From Polyangiales bacterium (lineage in GTDB: Bacteria; Myxococcota_A; Polyangia; Polyangiales; Polyangiaceae): a stretch of 64,000 bases of DNA. The notes under the pieces are model-generated. The model did no database searches and had not been told where the DNA came from. It saw nothing but the letters and a program-made list of their open reading frames with translations. A program made the position numbers and the translations under genes. Shown in pieces: positions 61,997-64,000 of this stretch; the stretch's first letter is position 1, and each line of letters begins with the position of its first letter. The stretch spans positions 1 through 64,000 of the forward strand of contig JBBRNJ010000003.1 of NCBI GenBank assembly GCA_038230375.1, in the 5' to 3' direction.

Positions 61997-63322
61997 TCAG
62001 TGAGAGCCGATCTTCATGCCGGGCTTGAAGACGTTGTCCTCTTCGCCGGTGACGAGCACGACCTCGGAGTTGTCGATGCTGGTGAAGATCTGGTCGTAGG
62101 TCTTCGGCGTCTTGAAGCCGAGCATGCCGTTCATGAGCGACGTGGTGGCGTTCGGCATCGAGGAGAAGAACGAGGGCATCGCGTTGGTGACGAACTCCAG
62201 GTACTTCGTGCCGGTGGGGTCATCGGGGTTCAGCGCGGCGCGGGTCTGCGCGAGCGAGCCGTCGACGTAGGCGAAGGAGTCGCAGCCGTTCATGAAGAAG
62301 ATCTGGTACTTGCCCTTCTTGAATTTGCCGTGGCTCGCGAGGGCGCGGACGTTCTGGCCGAGGCCCGAGTGGCCGTTGTACGCGATGATGTCCGCGTCAG
62401 CCGACAGCGTCTCGTAGCGATCGTAGAAGGACTGCGGGGCCTCGGCGATACCGTCGGTGAGGAGCACGGTGACGCTGACCTTCTTGCCGTCCGGAAGCGT
62501 CGCGTCGAACGTCACGTCCGGCATGTCGACGGCGGGCGTGGCGGAGAGCTTGGCGGGAGTGGTGACCGGCTTGTAGGGCGCCAGGGTCGACTTCATCGTG
62601 GTGACGAACTCGTCGAAGCCGGAGATGCCGGCGTCGGCCGTGGTCTTCGCGCCTGACTCGAACTTGCCGAAGATGGCGACGACCTTGAGCGTGTCGTCCT
62701 CCCACACCTTCTGGTACTCGGGGTACTTGTTCTTCGTGTTCTGGGTCGACTTGGTGACCTTGACGGGAGACTTGATGACCTCGCTCGCCGACAGCTTGCA
62801 GCCGCTCTCGTTGGGTCGGTAGAAGTACCAGATGCTGCCGATGTCGAGCTCGCTTGCGGAGCCCGGCTCCACGCAGTCGCCCTTGTGCGCGTTGAGCAGT
62901 GCGTTCTGGCCGTCCTGGCTCACGTCGTGCGGAAGGATGAAGGTGTAGGTCTTCGGGAGCTTGGTCTTGGCGCCCCATGCGACGGGGAGCTTCGCGTGAT
63001 AGCTGATCGTCGTCTTGCCAGCGGCGGTCGTCTTCTTGACGTTCGTGAGGTCCACGTTGTCGAGGCGGCCGACGGAGTTGTTTCCGTTGAGCTGGCCAAT
63101 CGTGAAGAGCAGCTGGTCTTCGATGGTCTGCTTGTTGTCGAAGACCGCTTCGTTCGTCACGAACTCGGAGTCGAACTCGAAGTTCAGGAGCGTGGCCTGG
63201 TTGCTGGTGAAGTCACCTTCGGTCTGATCAGCGTTCGACGCGTCAGCGGCGCAACCTGCGAGGGTGCCCGAGAACGTGGCGAGGAGAGCGAGAGCCGAGA
63301 TGTTGAAGATGGTGGTACGCAT
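61997..63322 (-). CDS. Conserved lipoprotein, hypothetical
   Basis: LAGC lipobox; YPEY..VW.D, YNGHSG.G, YQIF..NGC.SF.Y. Confidence 0.75.
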   Translation of the reverse strand: MRTTIFNISALALLATFSGTLAGCAADASNADQTEGDFTSNQATLLNFEFDSEFVTNEAVFDNKQTIEDQLLFTIGQLNGNNSVGRLDNVDLTNVKKTTAAGKTTISYHAKLPVAWGAKTKLPKTYTFILPHDVSQDGQNALLNAHKGDCVEPGSASELDIGSIWYFYRPNESGCKLSASEVIKSPVKVTKSTQNTKNKYPEYQKVWEDDTLKVVAIFGKFESGAKTTADAGISGFDEFVTTMKSTLAPYKPVTTPAKLSATPAVDMPDVTFDATLPDGKKVSVTVLLTDGIAEAPQSFYDRYETLSADADIIAYNGHSGLGQNVRALASHGKFKKGKYQIFFMNGCDSFAYVDGSLAQTRAALNPDDPTGTKYLEFVTNAMPSFFSSMPNATTSLMNGMLGFKTPKTYDQIFTSIDNSEVVLVTGEEDNVFKPGMKIGSH

Positions 63323-63488
63323 AGCAGACATACACGCACGTGAGATGCCAATGTAGGCAGATGTCGTCCGGGCCAATGTAAAAGCGGAATCATTGGAGAA
63401 AATACCGTCGCAGCGACGCGGCGTGGACGGAAGTGGGACGGAATGGACCCAGATCGTGGGGTGCGGCCGATCCAGGGGGGAGGTTGAG

Positions 63489-63624
63489 GGTCGGGGTGGA
63501 GGTCGAGGTCGAGGTCGGTGTCGAAGTCGGTGTCGAGGTCGGTGTCGAGGTCGGTGTCGAAGTCGGCGTCGTTGTCGAAGTCGTCGTCGTTGTCGAAGTC
63601 GTTGTCGAAGTCGTCGTCGTCGTC
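63489..63624. repeat. Hexamer tract 6 (GTCGAG/GTCGGT/GTCGTT)
   Basis: Just downstream of the sigma54 activator stop. Confidence 0.88.
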
Positions 63625-63638
63625 GCCCCGTCAGCCCC

Positions 63639-64000
63639 TCACCGATATGTATCCGCCGAAATCCCCCACCGCTTCATCCACCGGTGTATCTGCATCCTCG
63701 TCCTCCCCATCGCCCTCGCCACCTCGGACACATTCCCCTTGTGCGCCGTCAGCGACGCGACGAGCCGGTCCTTCAGCACAGCATCCGCTGTCTCCGCGCT
63801 CGGCGCTGCCGATCCTGGCGCTGCGGGCGGGACGCTCTTCTCCGGCCGTGCGCTCGTGCGCGGTGTCTTCATCGCCTTGCGCAGCGTCTCCGGCAGGTGC
63901 TCCAGCTTCACCATGTCGTCCGTGGCCAGCACCGCAGCGACGGACAACGCCTGCTCGAGCTCGCGTATGTTGAGCGGCCAGTCGTACGAGAAGAGCGCGC
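63639..64000 (-). CDS. Sigma54-dependent Fis-family activator, 3' end (runs off the window)
   Basis: YDWPLNIRELEQ and GNVSEVARAMG..R.QI.RW HTH. Confidence 0.9.
   Translation of the reverse strand, partial: ALFSYDWPLNIRELEQALSVAAVLATDDMVKLEHLPETLRKAMKTPRTSARPEKSVPPAAPGSAAPSAETADAVLKDRLVASLTAHKGNVSEVARAMGRTRMQIHRWMKRWGISADTYR

Overview
High-GC bacterial window. The gene content (many Cys-lipoproteins, TolB-like and ferritin-like lipoproteins, a PilZ-DUF4388 protein, a Ser/Thr kinase scrap) looks like Myxococcota/Polyangiales; this is an inference. Bases 1-~14.9 kb are an accessory, defence-like island built from tandem related modules. Each module begins with a conserved ~230-bp non-coding element packed with a 15-bp GACCC-N3-GGT(T/G)A(G/A)C box in both orientations (full copies at 93-332 and 6236-6459, a partial copy at ~11540). 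The island also carries two related large serine recombinases with complementary deletions, two back-to-back nucleotidyltransferase/HTH (AbiE-like) pairs with two palindromic operators between them, a truncated YhcG/DUF1016 gene, a split TOTE-type primase + SF2 helicase, and duplicated CcbP-like and other conserved hypothetical genes. Many genes in the first 20 kb carry clean internal deletions. From ~15 kb on the region looks like ordinary chromosome: ArsR-SRPBCC, ndh, pcm, two hybrid histidine kinases, a B12 radical SAM enzyme, a lone short flagellin, an MFS pump, a serine hydrolase, an acyl-CoA dehydrogenase, a GT39/ArnT-like enzyme, valS, an SO2930-type diheme cytochrome + beta-helix pair, and a sigma54 activator 3' end. 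Six intergenic GTCGA(G/A) hexamer tracts punctuate it, five of them directly behind stop codons. No rRNA, tRNA or CRISPR array was seen. All family names come from motif recognition by eye, not from database searches.
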